Assembly (NCBI GenBank): GCA_043811535.1
Contig: JBDRNC010000007.1
Span: 1 to 50,834 of the forward strand
Source of the DNA: Elusimicrobiota bacterium
GTDB lineage: Bacteria > Elusimicrobiota > Endomicrobiia > Endomicrobiales > JBDRNC01
Length of the DNA stretch: 50,834 nucleotides
Direction: 5' to 3'
Shown here: piece after piece, positions 39,792 through 49,231 of the stretch
How positions within the stretch are numbered: the first letter of the stretch is position 1
Layout: the number at the start of each line of letters is the position of its first letter
The notes under the pieces: generated by a model
Seen by the model: the letters and a program-made list of their open reading frames with translations, nothing else
Database searches by the model: none
What the model was told of the DNA's origin: nothing
Translations under genes and position numbers: made by a program

Positions 39792-39958
39792 TGAGATGGT
39801 TGAAAAACCCCTTTCCGGCTTCAATTTCGGTCTTTGGCCTGCGGCTTCGTTGGACTCCATCTCACATATACTCCGTGGAGCATATGCTCGCTTCGTCCGC
39901 CTTGCCTCGGCTCAAAACACGAAATTTCGCTACGAAAAAAGGTTTTTCAAACATCTCA
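39792..39958. mobile_element. MITE-like element
   Basis: 18-bp TIR TGAGATGGTTGAAAAACC / GGTTTTTCAAACATCTCA (1 mismatch); no coding capacity. Confidence 0.65.
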
Positions 39959-40087
39959 GATTATAATCTTTTATTAGGTATAAGTCAATATCAATAACGG
40001 CTAACTGCTTGTTTCAACTGTTTCAATCGTTCCAGCCGTTCCTTCCAGCGTTTTAAACAGTTGAAACTGCTGAAACAGTTGGAACTG

Positions 40088-41485
40088 TTATTTTTTAATT
40101 CCCCCGTACTCTTTTACCCCGTTTTTCTTGTTCGCCTTGACCCAGTAGAGGGCCTTGTCCGCGGCGGGAATAAGCGCCGTTTCGTTGGCGGGATAATAGC
40201 TTATTCCTATGCTTATCGTAATGCCAAACTTCGTTTTTTCCTCGCTGAACGAGTGTAATTGTGTCTCGGCCACGGTTTTCCGTATCCTTTCGGCTATTTC
40301 AAGAGTTTCTTCGCGGGACACGAGCGGCAGCAGTATCGCGAATTCCTCGCCGCCGTAGCGGCACACAAGGTCGCCGGGACGCGTGCATTTGAGGAATATC
40401 CTTGCCAACTCGCTCAAAACCGCGTCGCCCGTAAGATGCCCGTAAGTATCGTTGACTTTCTTGAAATCGTCTATGTCCATCATCAGCAGGGAGAATACAG
40501 TCGTATACCTTTTCGCGCGCTGGATTTCCGCCTGGAGACGCTCTATGAAGTACCTGCGGAGGTACAGACCCGTCAGTCCGTCTTCGCGCGAACGCTCCTG
40601 GACCTCCGCGAACAGGTCAGTGCGCTTCAATCCCAGCGCTATCTGCGGTATGAAGATCCTGCCTTCGTCAAGATATCCTTCCGCCAGCGCCGGTTCGGTC
40701 GTGATAAAGATACCGGCAAGCAGGTTCCTGTCCAGCTTTACGGGCCAGTAGACCACCGCCTGGTTTTTGAGCCAGACCGGAGTATGGAGGATCTTGAAGT
40801 TCTTTTCCTTAAACAGCAGATCCTGTCTTTTGACGTATTCTATCCAGCGGTCGTTGTTATCTTCTTTTGAAAAGAAAAGAGGCGTCCAGACGCTTTTGTC
40901 CCACAAAAACATCGCGACGGAATTTATTCCCGGCCTCATCATCAGGCACCGCTTCAGGTGGTCCGCCACCTCGCTCAATTCCATGTGCTCGACTAGCTCA
41001 CGCCCCAAGACGTAGAGCTGGTTGATCTTTTCAATCTCTCTTTCCAGTTCCATCCGGTCCGTTTCGAGCTTTGAGCCCTTTATCTGGAGAATTTTCAGTC
41101 TCTGCTCCAGCGGATTGAACTGCTTGTCCGAAGCTTCGCGTTCAAGCCTGCCTATGCGGTCAAAATAAAGCGGTATCACCATCGTTATCACCATCATGAG
41201 CGAAATGCCTATATAAACGGGCCAGTATGTTTTCCCCGTTACAGTCAGGAACAAAAGCAGCAAGCCGATCGTATTTACCAGCACGCTGGACAGGGGGAAT
41301 TTAAATGAAAAAAACAGGCCCGCGCTGATCAGGAAATACAGCAGCAGCTGCCGCAAGTACGGGTGATCGACGTTAAAGAACGCGATGAGAAACAACGATA
41401 TGACGGCCGCGGTCTTCGCGTGCATCCATATTTTTCCCCTGATCGTGTCCTGCGGTTTTACGGTCATGTTTTCTTCACCGGTCAT
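40088..41485 (-). CDS. Membrane diguanylate cyclase
   Basis: N-terminal TMs, DGLTGL, RPGD I-site, RYGGEEF. Confidence 0.92.
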   Translation of the reverse strand: MTGEENMTVKPQDTIRGKIWMHAKTAAVISLFLIAFFNVDHPYLRQLLLYFLISAGLFFSFKFPLSSVLVNTIGLLLLFLTVTGKTYWPVYIGISLMMVITMVIPLYFDRIGRLEREASDKQFNPLEQRLKILQIKGSKLETDRMELEREIEKINQLYVLGRELVEHMELSEVADHLKRCLMMRPGINSVAMFLWDKSVWTPLFFSKEDNNDRWIEYVKRQDLLFKEKNFKILHTPVWLKNQAVVYWPVKLDRNLLAGIFITTEPALAEGYLDEGRIFIPQIALGLKRTDLFAEVQERSREDGLTGLYLRRYFIERLQAEIQRAKRYTTVFSLLMMDIDDFKKVNDTYGHLTGDAVLSELARIFLKCTRPGDLVCRYGGEEFAILLPLVSREETLEIAERIRKTVAETQLHSFSEEKTKFGITISIGISYYPANETALIPAADKALYWVKANKKNGVKEYGGIKK

Positions 41486-41491
41486 TCCGGA

Positions 41492-42874
41492 TCACTCCGT
41501 GTACCTGACTTTATTCCTGCCCTCAAGCTTGGCGTCATAAAGCATTTTATCGGCAAGAGCCAGGAAACTCTCTCCGTTCTGGACCTTCTCGTTGAAACCC
41601 GCGATGCCCACGCTGACCGTGACATGCACCTGCAGCGGCTGGAAACTTTCCAGCGGCAGAAAAAAGCGCTCGGTCTCTACTCCCCGGCGGATGTCTTCGC
41701 AGACCGCCGCGGCCTCCTTGAGATCGGTTTGAAGCATTATCACGGCAAACTCTTCCCCTCCGTAGCGGCATATGAAGTCGGTCTCGCGCAGGCGCCGGCG
41801 CAGGTAGGACGATATCTGGCGAATCACCGCGTCGCCGGCGGCGTGCCCGTACGTGTCGTTGAAATTTTTGAAAAAATCTATGTCAACTATCGTGACACTC
41901 AGCGGGAGTTTATGCAGCCTGGACCTCTGGATCTCTTCAGAGAGCCTTTGCTTGAAATATTTCTGGACATACAGGCCCGTTAATCCGTCGGTAATAGCAA
42001 GCTCCTGCGTTTTCTGGTACAGCGAAACGTTATTCAGCGCAAGCGAAGCTATGCCCCCCAGCACCGATAAAAGCCTCAGGTCCGACTCTTCAAAAACATC
42101 GGCCTGCGGCGCCGTGCCTTTCAGTATGCCCCGGAACCTGCCGTTGACTTCAAGAGGCACCGCTATGAGCGACTGGAAATCCGCGTCCACAAAAAACCTC
42201 TTATCTGCCTGCAGGCTGCGCACGAGAAGCGCGAGATTGTTGCTCTCGATAAAATTGCTGAATTCGTCCTGTTCCGAACTCCTGATGATTTTCCAGGCGC
42301 CCTTGCCGATGAATTTTTCCGCCGTTTCTTCGATCAACTGCACTAATTTATCTTCCTGCAGGGTCGTTCCGAACATCTGGGTCATGCGCCCGAGCATCTG
42401 GTAATTGGCTATCTGCTGGTTAATGTCGGCTTTCCTGCGCTCGTTCTGGTTAATCTTGCCTTCCAGTGTCGCTGTCTTCGTCTCAAGGACTTCCCTGTTT
42501 TCCCTGTTCGTGTTCTGTATTCCGAAATACGTATGCTGGAATTTCTCAAAAAGCAGGAATATCGTCCAGAGCCAGATGATCTGCGCGACGAAGATGAACT
42601 GCTCGCTGCTTGACTTCGTCAAAACAACGTTTACGAAGCCCAGCAGCGTCAGCATTCCCAGCAGGATGCCGCTGTACACCGAACCCGAGAAAAAATAAAG
42701 GATGACAAGTATTAAACAGCTTAGAGGAAAAACAAGGATGGGCAAATACAACGACCGGATAAGCACGTAGAGCCATGCAATGAAAAGCAGAAGGCACATC
42801 ACAGGTATGCCTATTGTCTGCACTATTTCCCTTGCGGCCTGCTTCTTGATCTCTGATGAATCTATCATGGGCAT
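41492..42874 (-). CDS. Membrane GAF-GGDEF diguanylate cyclase
   Basis: TMs, GAF-like region, RETD I-site, RYGGEEF. Confidence 0.92.
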   Translation of the reverse strand: MPMIDSSEIKKQAAREIVQTIGIPVMCLLLFIAWLYVLIRSLYLPILVFPLSCLILVILYFFSGSVYSGILLGMLTLLGFVNVVLTKSSSEQFIFVAQIIWLWTIFLLFEKFQHTYFGIQNTNRENREVLETKTATLEGKINQNERRKADINQQIANYQMLGRMTQMFGTTLQEDKLVQLIEETAEKFIGKGAWKIIRSSEQDEFSNFIESNNLALLVRSLQADKRFFVDADFQSLIAVPLEVNGRFRGILKGTAPQADVFEESDLRLLSVLGGIASLALNNVSLYQKTQELAITDGLTGLYVQKYFKQRLSEEIQRSRLHKLPLSVTIVDIDFFKNFNDTYGHAAGDAVIRQISSYLRRRLRETDFICRYGGEEFAVIMLQTDLKEAAAVCEDIRRGVETERFFLPLESFQPLQVHVTVSVGIAGFNEKVQNGESFLALADKMLYDAKLEGRNKVRYTE

Positions 42875-43084
42875 AGTAAAAGTATAACTAAAAAGTTATA
42901 AAATATCAATATAAATCGTTAATTAAGTCATTAACGATTTTGATTACACAGATTACCAAAAAAAGATTACACAGACGACTTCCAACAAGCAATTATATGA
43001 AGTCCCCCTGTACTAGGGACTTCGACTTAATTATATAAATGTTGGTCGCCGATTTATCGAGATTATCAAAGCAGATTACACAGA

Positions 43085-43705
43085 TTACGGCTTTTTTGCG
43101 TCCGTTTTCCACGCTTTATCGCCGTATTTTTTCAGCAGCGCGGCTTCAACATCATTTTTCAGCCTGCTGTCCAGTATCCTGACGGTGTCAATCCACCTGT
43201 TTTTTCCCTTATCCCTTCTTGCCGGCCAGGAAACCCATGCGCCCGTCTCGCTTTCCAATATCCTGCATTCAATTTCAACTGCGCCGTTGAACCGGACAGC
43301 CGCGAAGGCCTTGAGTTTTGACGGTTTGCGGTATTTTACCAGTTTAACGATATCAAAACTCACCGGACGCGCTGCGCGCGCCGCGTTGCCGGACGTTTTG
43401 CGCGATAATATTGCGGTTCTTACGGCCTCGTTCGCCTGCTCCGTCGCCAGCGTCACATGCGTATATTTGTTCCCGTTCCGCGAAACATTCTCAGGGAACT
43501 TAAGCATCAGCCTCGCGCCGGAATGCATGACCATGATTTCTTTTATCTCAATCGCGCCGTCAATCACGATTCGGGCGACTCCCGTGTAATATTTGTCCCC
43601 CTTGTAAGGCGCGACCGTGACCTTGGTGACGGATATGCCCGCGGCGGAAGCCGATGCCGAAAAGAAAAAAAGCCCCGCAAACAGCATTATGACGTTTTTT
43701 TTCAT
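43085..43705 (-). CDS. Signal-peptide-bearing tandem SpoVG-domain protein
   Basis: MKKNVIMLFAGLFFFSASASAA; two SpoVG-like units (KLKAFAAVRFNGAVEIECRILESETGAWVSWPAR...LKNDVEAALLKKY). Confidence 0.75.
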   Translation of the reverse strand: MKKNVIMLFAGLFFFSASASAAGISVTKVTVAPYKGDKYYTGVARIVIDGAIEIKEIMVMHSGARLMLKFPENVSRNGNKYTHVTLATEQANEAVRTAILSRKTSGNAARAARPVSFDIVKLVKYRKPSKLKAFAAVRFNGAVEIECRILESETGAWVSWPARRDKGKNRWIDTVRILDSRLKNDVEAALLKKYGDKAWKTDAKKP

Positions 43706-43740
43706 GGTCCCCCTCTGCCGGCAAGTTCCGCCCGGACCAA

Positions 43741-44469
43741 TCACTGCATCTTGAGCGGCGGTTCGAGACTGCTTCTTTCCAGAAGTTCCGTATCCTTGAA
43801 TATCTGAGATGTCTGCCCGTCAGCGGTAATTCTGCCCTGATGGATGACGATTGTCCGCTCGCACAGGTCCAGGGCCATGTCAAGGTCGTGCGTCGCGATT
43901 ATCTTCGTATGTTTAAAGGTCTTCAGCAATCCGATCAAACGCCTGCGCGATTTCGGGTCAAGGCTGGACGTGGGTTCGTCCATCACGAGTATGTCGGGCG
44001 ACATGGCAAGCACGGTAGCGATGGCCGCGGCTCTTTTTTCGCCCTGAGAAAGCTTGTACGGCGGCCTTTTCATCAAGTGGCGCACGCCCACGGTTTCAAG
44101 CGCCTGCATTACTTTCTCCTCGACTTCTTTTTCGGCCGTTCCCAGATTCAGTAGCCCGAACGCCACGTCGTCGAAAACGGTAGGCATGAACAGCTGGTCG
44201 TCCGGGTTCTGGAATAGCATGCCGACCGTCCGGCGTATCACGTTCAGGTTCTTCTTTGAAAGGATACTGTCTCCAATCCGGATTATCCCCTGCGAAGGCG
44301 ACAGGCACCCGTTCATGTGCAGAAGCAAAGTAGATTTGCCCGCGCCGTTCTCTCCTACAAGCGCGACGGACTCCCCGTGGAAGACGCGGAACGACACCCC
44401 GGCAAGTCCGACCGTTCCGTCGGGATAAGAGTAATGCAGGTCTTTCGCTTCGACTATGTGATGGCTCAT
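43741..44469 (-). CDS. ECF Ni/Co transporter ATPase (NikO/CbiO)
   Basis: GENGAGKST, FQNPDDQLF, LSQGEK, DEPT. Confidence 0.93.
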   Translation of the reverse strand: MSHHIVEAKDLHYSYPDGTVGLAGVSFRVFHGESVALVGENGAGKSTLLLHMNGCLSPSQGIIRIGDSILSKKNLNVIRRTVGMLFQNPDDQLFMPTVFDDVAFGLLNLGTAEKEVEEKVMQALETVGVRHLMKRPPYKLSQGEKRAAAIATVLAMSPDILVMDEPTSSLDPKSRRRLIGLLKTFKHTKIIATHDLDMALDLCERTIVIHQGRITADGQTSQIFKDTELLERSSLEPPLKMQ

Positions 44470-45278
44470 GACAATACTCCGATGAACAATGATCCGATTA
44501 TCAATGGTAAATTATAAAACCTGAATAGGATGAACAGGAAAACCCAGCCAAGAACAAAAATCAGGTCGCGGTACCCGAATTTCATCGGCCTGATGATATG
44601 GATATGCCCGTCAAAACCGCGGCAGCACATGGCGCGGTATATGCGCTCAGCGCGGTCAAGAGTCCGCGTAAGCAGCTGCCCCGCCAGCGATGCAAAAACC
44701 CCGAGACCCATCGGGCCCGAACCGAAAGAGCGGAGCATCCTGGCCCTGGCCATCCTTTCGGCTTCATCCGTGAGTATAAACATATATCTGTTGAAGAGCA
44801 TCAACTGGACCACAAAAGACTTGGGCACCCCGAATTTCAGAAGCGATTCACACACGGAGTTGAAGCCCGTCAGCGAAACCAGCACCAGAGCCGCCGATAC
44901 CGTAAGAGCGAAACGCATGATGATTGACAGGAATGATATCCAGCCGCCCGATATGCCGGCCATCCCTACATGCACAAGCACTCCCCTGTCAATCAGCGGA
45001 TTGAATATACCTATCAATACGGCGAACGGAGAAACCAGCAATATCTTCTTCAGCAGATACCCGGCCGGCAAACCGCCCGCGGCAATCATTGCCAGAGGGA
45101 ATATGAAGAACGGGGTCAGGCCGGAGAGCGAATACTTGTCAAAAGAAACCACGGCGACTATGAAAGCCAGCGTGGCAATCACTTTAGCCCTCGGGTCCAG
45201 GCGGTGCAGAGGACTGTCGCCGGCGGCCAGCGTATCCATGTAGCCTAAGTCGTATGAGTTCTTTCCGATATTATCCAT
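44466..45278 (-). CDS. ECF Ni/Co transporter T component (NikQ/CbiQ)
   Basis: LHRLDPRAK, RYMFIL..E..RM..AR, RAERIYRAM..RGF. Confidence 0.93.
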   Translation of the reverse strand: MDNIGKNSYDLGYMDTLAAGDSPLHRLDPRAKVIATLAFIVAVVSFDKYSLSGLTPFFIFPLAMIAAGGLPAGYLLKKILLVSPFAVLIGIFNPLIDRGVLVHVGMAGISGGWISFLSIIMRFALTVSAALVLVSLTGFNSVCESLLKFGVPKSFVVQLMLFNRYMFILTDEAERMARARMLRSFGSGPMGLGVFASLAGQLLTRTLDRAERIYRAMCCRGFDGHIHIIRPMKFGYRDLIFVLGWVFLFILFRFYNLPLIIGSLFIGVLS

Positions 45279-45353
45279 ATTAACGGTTTTTACGGGCAGA
45301 ACCGGGAACCGGCGCCGCCCGCCAAATCTTCCTTGAATATTATTATACCTTAT

Positions 45354-46412
45354 TTATTGCTGAACCGCAGTCTTCCGGCGCTTAAGCAAGAAACCGGCAA
45401 TTAATGCCAGCATGAGCGTCAATAAGCCGCCTACCAGTCCCGATATTGATGTTCCGGTGTCAACTGCCGGCCACGGCTGGCTTGTTTCCGCCTCCTGCTT
45501 CGCTTCGGCTTCCGGCGCTGCCGCCGGCTCGCTCTGTTTGAAACCGTAATCCGGCAGAAAAGCCGTCTTTTCCTGAACAGCGGCCAAGGACGCATGGATT
45601 TTATGGCTGCTTTCAAGCTCTTCCTTCCCCGAAGTCCTTAGCATGGCCCATTCAAGGCCGTCCGGATTCGCCGACGCGAACCAGCTTAACGCGCCTCCTA
45701 CTACCGCGGCGGCAAGGATGAGGCTGAGAATTACTTTTCCCGTATTGATTTTACCTACAGGTATGCCCTGCCGCGCCGCGTCTACTATTTCGGGTCTTGC
45801 GTTGTAAACGAAAAGTATCACGGCCGAAGTGACCAGTCCTTCCACTATGCCTATACCGAGATGTATCGGCTGCATAAGCATCACGAACGTGCCGAATGGA
45901 AGTTCCGATATTCCTGAGGATATGGTTTCAAGCACGACACCGAACGCTCCCAGCTGCAATCCTATGATACCGGCTAATGTGGCGCCGAGCATTATTCGGC
46001 CCTTAGTTGTGTGCCCGCCCACTATTTTTTTATAGATAAGCGGATAAGCGATAAAACACGTAAAAAAACCCATATTGAAAATATTGCATCCAAGCGCCAG
46101 CAGTCCGCCGTCTGCGAAGAACAGCGCCTGCACTATCAATACCGAGGCCATCACGAGAAAAGCGGCATAAGGCCCGAGCAGTATGGACAGAATCATGCCG
46201 CCGCCCATGTGCCCGCTGGATCCGGTCGCGGGAATCGTGAAATTAATCATCTGGGCCGCGAAAATGAAAGCCCCGAGAACGCCCATGAGCGGTATCTTCT
46301 TATCATCGGCTTCTTCTTTAACCTTTTTTGAACTATACGCAATAAGCCCCGCCGACGCGGCCCACATCGCGCCGCCTACTGCAGGTGATATTAAAGCATC
46401 TGCCATGTGCAT
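45354..46412 (-). CDS. ECF Ni transporter S component NikMN (CbiM + PDGLE)
   Basis: N-terminal MHMAD, SSGH, FASANPDGLE. Confidence 0.92.
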   Translation of the reverse strand: MHMADALISPAVGGAMWAASAGLIAYSSKKVKEEADDKKIPLMGVLGAFIFAAQMINFTIPATGSSGHMGGGMILSILLGPYAAFLVMASVLIVQALFFADGGLLALGCNIFNMGFFTCFIAYPLIYKKIVGGHTTKGRIMLGATLAGIIGLQLGAFGVVLETISSGISELPFGTFVMLMQPIHLGIGIVEGLVTSAVILFVYNARPEIVDAARQGIPVGKINTGKVILSLILAAAVVGGALSWFASANPDGLEWAMLRTSGKEELESSHKIHASLAAVQEKTAFLPDYGFKQSEPAAAPEAEAKQEAETSQPWPAVDTGTSISGLVGGLLTLMLALIAGFLLKRRKTAVQQ

Positions 46413-46506
46413 TTGAAACCTCCTATAAAGATATCTCAAGATTACAAGATTGGAAAGATTGAAATATTACTAATTAACAACTGACAACCAGCGACTACTC
46501 CCTGCA

Positions 46507-47247
46507 TTAAAAACTGAATTCAAAATCGGCTCCGCCGAATATCGCGGGTTTCTGGTTGCCTATATTCTCATCCGCCACGTCGCCGCTGGGCATGGAGTAA
46601 TTGACCGAAGGCGCGAAACTCAGGTTATCAAGCAATTTGACTCCTGCGCCCAATCCGACAACTATATCTCCGCCGCTTGCGAACGTATCGTAATTACCGT
46701 ACATTCCGTAATGGAACAACGGTGTCAAGGTTATTATGCCGTCCTTATCCGCCGCGATCTCTTTTTCAATGTCCAGCGATGAATAACTGCCGTTTATCTG
46801 ATCGTAATCGTTATAATAGGTAAAGCACAACGAGAACGGCAGTGAATTCGCTTCGGCGCTCACAAACCACTCTTTTGTCGTCACCCCGCCGTTAAACGGA
46901 AAGTTATAAGAGATATGCCCGGCCCTGAAACCGAAGTTCCCCGCGTCGATACCGTAACTGACAGTCAGGTCTATCTCGTTCGAATCAATCGCATCCCTAT
47001 CGACTGATGCCGGCATGCTGGTCCAATAACAGAACTCACAACCCTTATACCCCAACGAAAGCTCATTCTGAAGGACAGGATCACTGTCCGTGACCACGCC
47101 GCGCGAAACATAGGACGAGAACATTCCGATCTTTGCAGAAGTCTCAAGCCCGATATCCCCGCAAAGACACCCTGAATCGCTTTCCTTCGCCTGAACAACC
47201 GTACCGAATACAAATAACATCATCAACGCAACGATCTTCTTCATCAT
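46507..47247 (-). CDS. TorF-like putative outer-membrane porin
   Basis: Signal peptide, SSYVSRGV...PVLQ, NEIDLTVSY, C-terminal FEFSF. Confidence 0.7.
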   Translation of the reverse strand: MMKKIVALMMLFVFGTVVQAKESDSGCLCGDIGLETSAKIGMFSSYVSRGVVTDSDPVLQNELSLGYKGCEFCYWTSMPASVDRDAIDSNEIDLTVSYGIDAGNFGFRAGHISYNFPFNGGVTTKEWFVSAEANSLPFSLCFTYYNDYDQINGSYSSLDIEKEIAADKDGIITLTPLFHYGMYGNYDTFASGGDIVVGLGAGVKLLDNLSFAPSVNYSMPSGDVADENIGNQKPAIFGGADFEFSF

Positions 47248-47320
47248 CCATCTCCTTGAGCACCTTAAGTGTTTTTTTGAATTGCCTTTAGCGAAATCCC
47301 GCTGTAGCGGGAATTCACTA

Positions 47321-47347
47321 GTATTACGTTTATTATATTCGTGCTAC
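47321..47347. promoter_or_regulatory. Probable second NikR operator
   Basis: GTATTAC-N13-GTGCTAC, same spacing as the site upstream of nikR. Confidence 0.55.
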
Positions 47348-47364
47348 CGTAAATTAAAAAATTT

Positions 47365-47772
47365 TTATCCGGCTGACGTTATAGTCAGCGAGCAGTGCTT
47401 GACGCCTTTTTCGGATTTCAATTCGTCAGCGAGTTTCTGCACTTCCGCGGGTTTCCCTTTTACTACAATAACTTCAAGGCAGTTGTCATGCGTCAGGTGC
47501 ACGTGCTGGGTGGAAATAATAGTATCCTGGTAATCGTGCTGGATATCAAGCAGGTCGTTGACCAGCGCGCGCTTGTGATGGTCGTAAACGATGGTTATCG
47601 CTCCAGCCGCGTCTCCCGAACCATGTTCCCATTCCTGTTTGACAAGCGCCTCCCTTATAAGGTCCTCTATCGCCTTGGAACGAGTGGCGTACGTTTTAGC
47701 CTTGATGTGCCTGTCAAATTCAGACAAGAGCCCGCTGTTTAATGATACGCCAAATCTTACGAGTTTATCCAT
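47365..47772 (-). CDS. nikR: Nickel-responsive regulator
   Basis: RFGVSL RHH domain, RSKAIEDLIR, YDHH, HVHLTHDNCLE. Confidence 0.96.
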   Translation of the reverse strand: MDKLVRFGVSLNSGLLSEFDRHIKAKTYATRSKAIEDLIREALVKQEWEHGSGDAAGAITIVYDHHKRALVNDLLDIQHDYQDTIISTQHVHLTHDNCLEVIVVKGKPAEVQKLADELKSEKGVKHCSLTITSAG

Positions 47773-47787
47773 AATTCCTCTTAATGC

Positions 47788-47834
47788 GTGTTACGTTTTA
47801 TTTTATTGTAGCACTGTTTTGCAGCGGATGTCAA
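47788..47834 (-). promoter_or_regulatory. NikR operator overlapping sigma70 promoter
   Basis: GTGTTAC-N13-GTAGCAC (47788-47814); minus strand TTGACA-18-TACAAT. Confidence 0.75.
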
Positions 47835-47977
47835 GTGCTGGCAGGTAAACAAGGGTGAGTTCCGGCCGGAAATGAGTTATACACATATTTTATTCTTTGC
47901 GGGAGTCGTAGAATAAAGCGTAAGCATCGTTTTTTCTGTACCGCTTTTCAGCTGTTAATTAATACCTTTTCCATTCG

Positions 47978-48367
47978 TTATTTTCTGAAATATCCTTCCG
48001 CCTCGGCATATACTGTATTATTGATTTTTATCTGAGATTTTGCTTTGTGAAAATGCCGGGCATTATTATCGGCAACGGCATGTATGGTTAATTTTTCAGT
48101 CACCGGCACCGGTTTTATGAACCGTACATTCAATTTTGCCGTTTTCAATTCCAGGCCGTCCCTTAAATAAAATAAATTTACCATGCTAGAATCTAAAATG
48201 GCGCTGACTACACCTCCGTGCACTATGTTGTCATATCCCTGATAATCGGTGCTTATCGCACATCCCCCCGAAACTGCGCTGTTTTGAAGGAGCTTAAATT
48301 CCAGTTTCAACCCGTTGAGAGCATGTTTCCCGCACGCGAAGCAATTCTCATGGAATTTTCCATTCAT
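47978..48367 (-). CDS. PaaI family hotdog thioesterase
   Basis: CFACG..N..GLKL, YQGYDNIVHGGVVSAILD. Confidence 0.88.
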   Translation of the reverse strand: MNGKFHENCFACGKHALNGLKLEFKLLQNSAVSGGCAISTDYQGYDNIVHGGVVSAILDSSMVNLFYLRDGLELKTAKLNVRFIKPVPVTEKLTIHAVADNNARHFHKAKSQIKINNTVYAEAEGYFRK

Positions 48368-48396
48368 ATAAATCTCTCCTTTCGGCCGAAAGACAA

Positions 48397-48762
48397 CTAA
48401 TGACAGCCGTGCTGGGCACAAGCGTTTTCCATGGTTATCTCTTCAAGCCCGCCTTCCGCAAACCTGCTTACAATTTCAGTTACACTTCCCTCAACAGCCC
48501 TAAACGCCTTGATCCCGCATTCGTTGAGCTTCTGAACCGCTCTCGCGCCCATTCCTCCGCAAACAACGGCGTCAATACCTTTTCCGTCCAGGGAAGCCAT
48601 CGGGTGGCACATTCCGTGCGAATGATGCTGATTTGAATTGTCTATGACTTCAACTGTGTTTTTTCCGGTATCATATACTGTAAAAAACGGCGCACTGCCG
48701 AAATGCCCGTAAACCCTTGCTGTTTTCCCTTCGTTTGTTTCTGTCGGAATACATATTCTCAT
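48397..48762 (-). CDS. NifB/NifX family cluster-binding protein
   Basis: HFGSAPFF, DAVVCGGMGARA. Confidence 0.9.
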   Translation of the reverse strand: MRICIPTETNEGKTARVYGHFGSAPFFTVYDTGKNTVEVIDNSNQHHSHGMCHPMASLDGKGIDAVVCGGMGARAVQKLNECGIKAFRAVEGSVTEIVSRFAEGGLEEITMENACAQHGCH

Positions 48763-49100
48763 ACGTTTTGCCTCCTTTGCCTTCTTTTACAGCATCCGCG
48801 CCTGCCGCGCGCCACTATTACCGCGCCTCCTTTGATACACAACGCCTTTGAATTGATTATAGCGTCGGCTATTTTCTTATGAGCCGACATGATAATATTG
48901 CCGAATGTCTGTCTTGATATTCCCATTACTTTCGCCGCATCTTCCTGGTATTGCTCTTCCAGGTCAGCCAACCGGACAGCCTCGAATTCATCTATCGTTA
49001 AAACCACTTCGTCCAGTTCGGTTATTGGAATACCCCTGGGCTTAAAATAATCGGCGCCAGGCCCGCCGAAAACCCTTCTGCATTTACACGGACGCGGCAT
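48759..49100 (-). CDS. DUF134 HTH protein
   Basis: MPRPCKCRRV, FKPRG, EFEAVRLAD, QEDAAKVMGISRQTF. Confidence 0.92.
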   Translation of the reverse strand: MPRPCKCRRVFGGPGADYFKPRGIPITELDEVVLTIDEFEAVRLADLEEQYQEDAAKVMGISRQTFGNIIMSAHKKIADAIINSKALCIKGGAVIVARGRRGCCKRRQRRQNV

Positions 49101-49114
49101 TTTTGACCTCTATC

Positions 49115-49136
49115 ATTATTGGCATATGCCAATAAT
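49115..49136. promoter_or_regulatory. Perfect 22-bp palindromic operator upstream of DUF134 operon
   Basis: ATTATTGGCATATGCCAATAAT; TTGACA on minus strand at 49162-49157. Confidence 0.7.
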
Positions 49137-49231
49137 ATGACATTTTTGCAGATATCTGTCAAGCTGTCCTTAACAAAGTTATGGGTATCGGGGGTATTCT
49201 GAAGTTTTAGTCACAAGTCACCGGCCACTAG

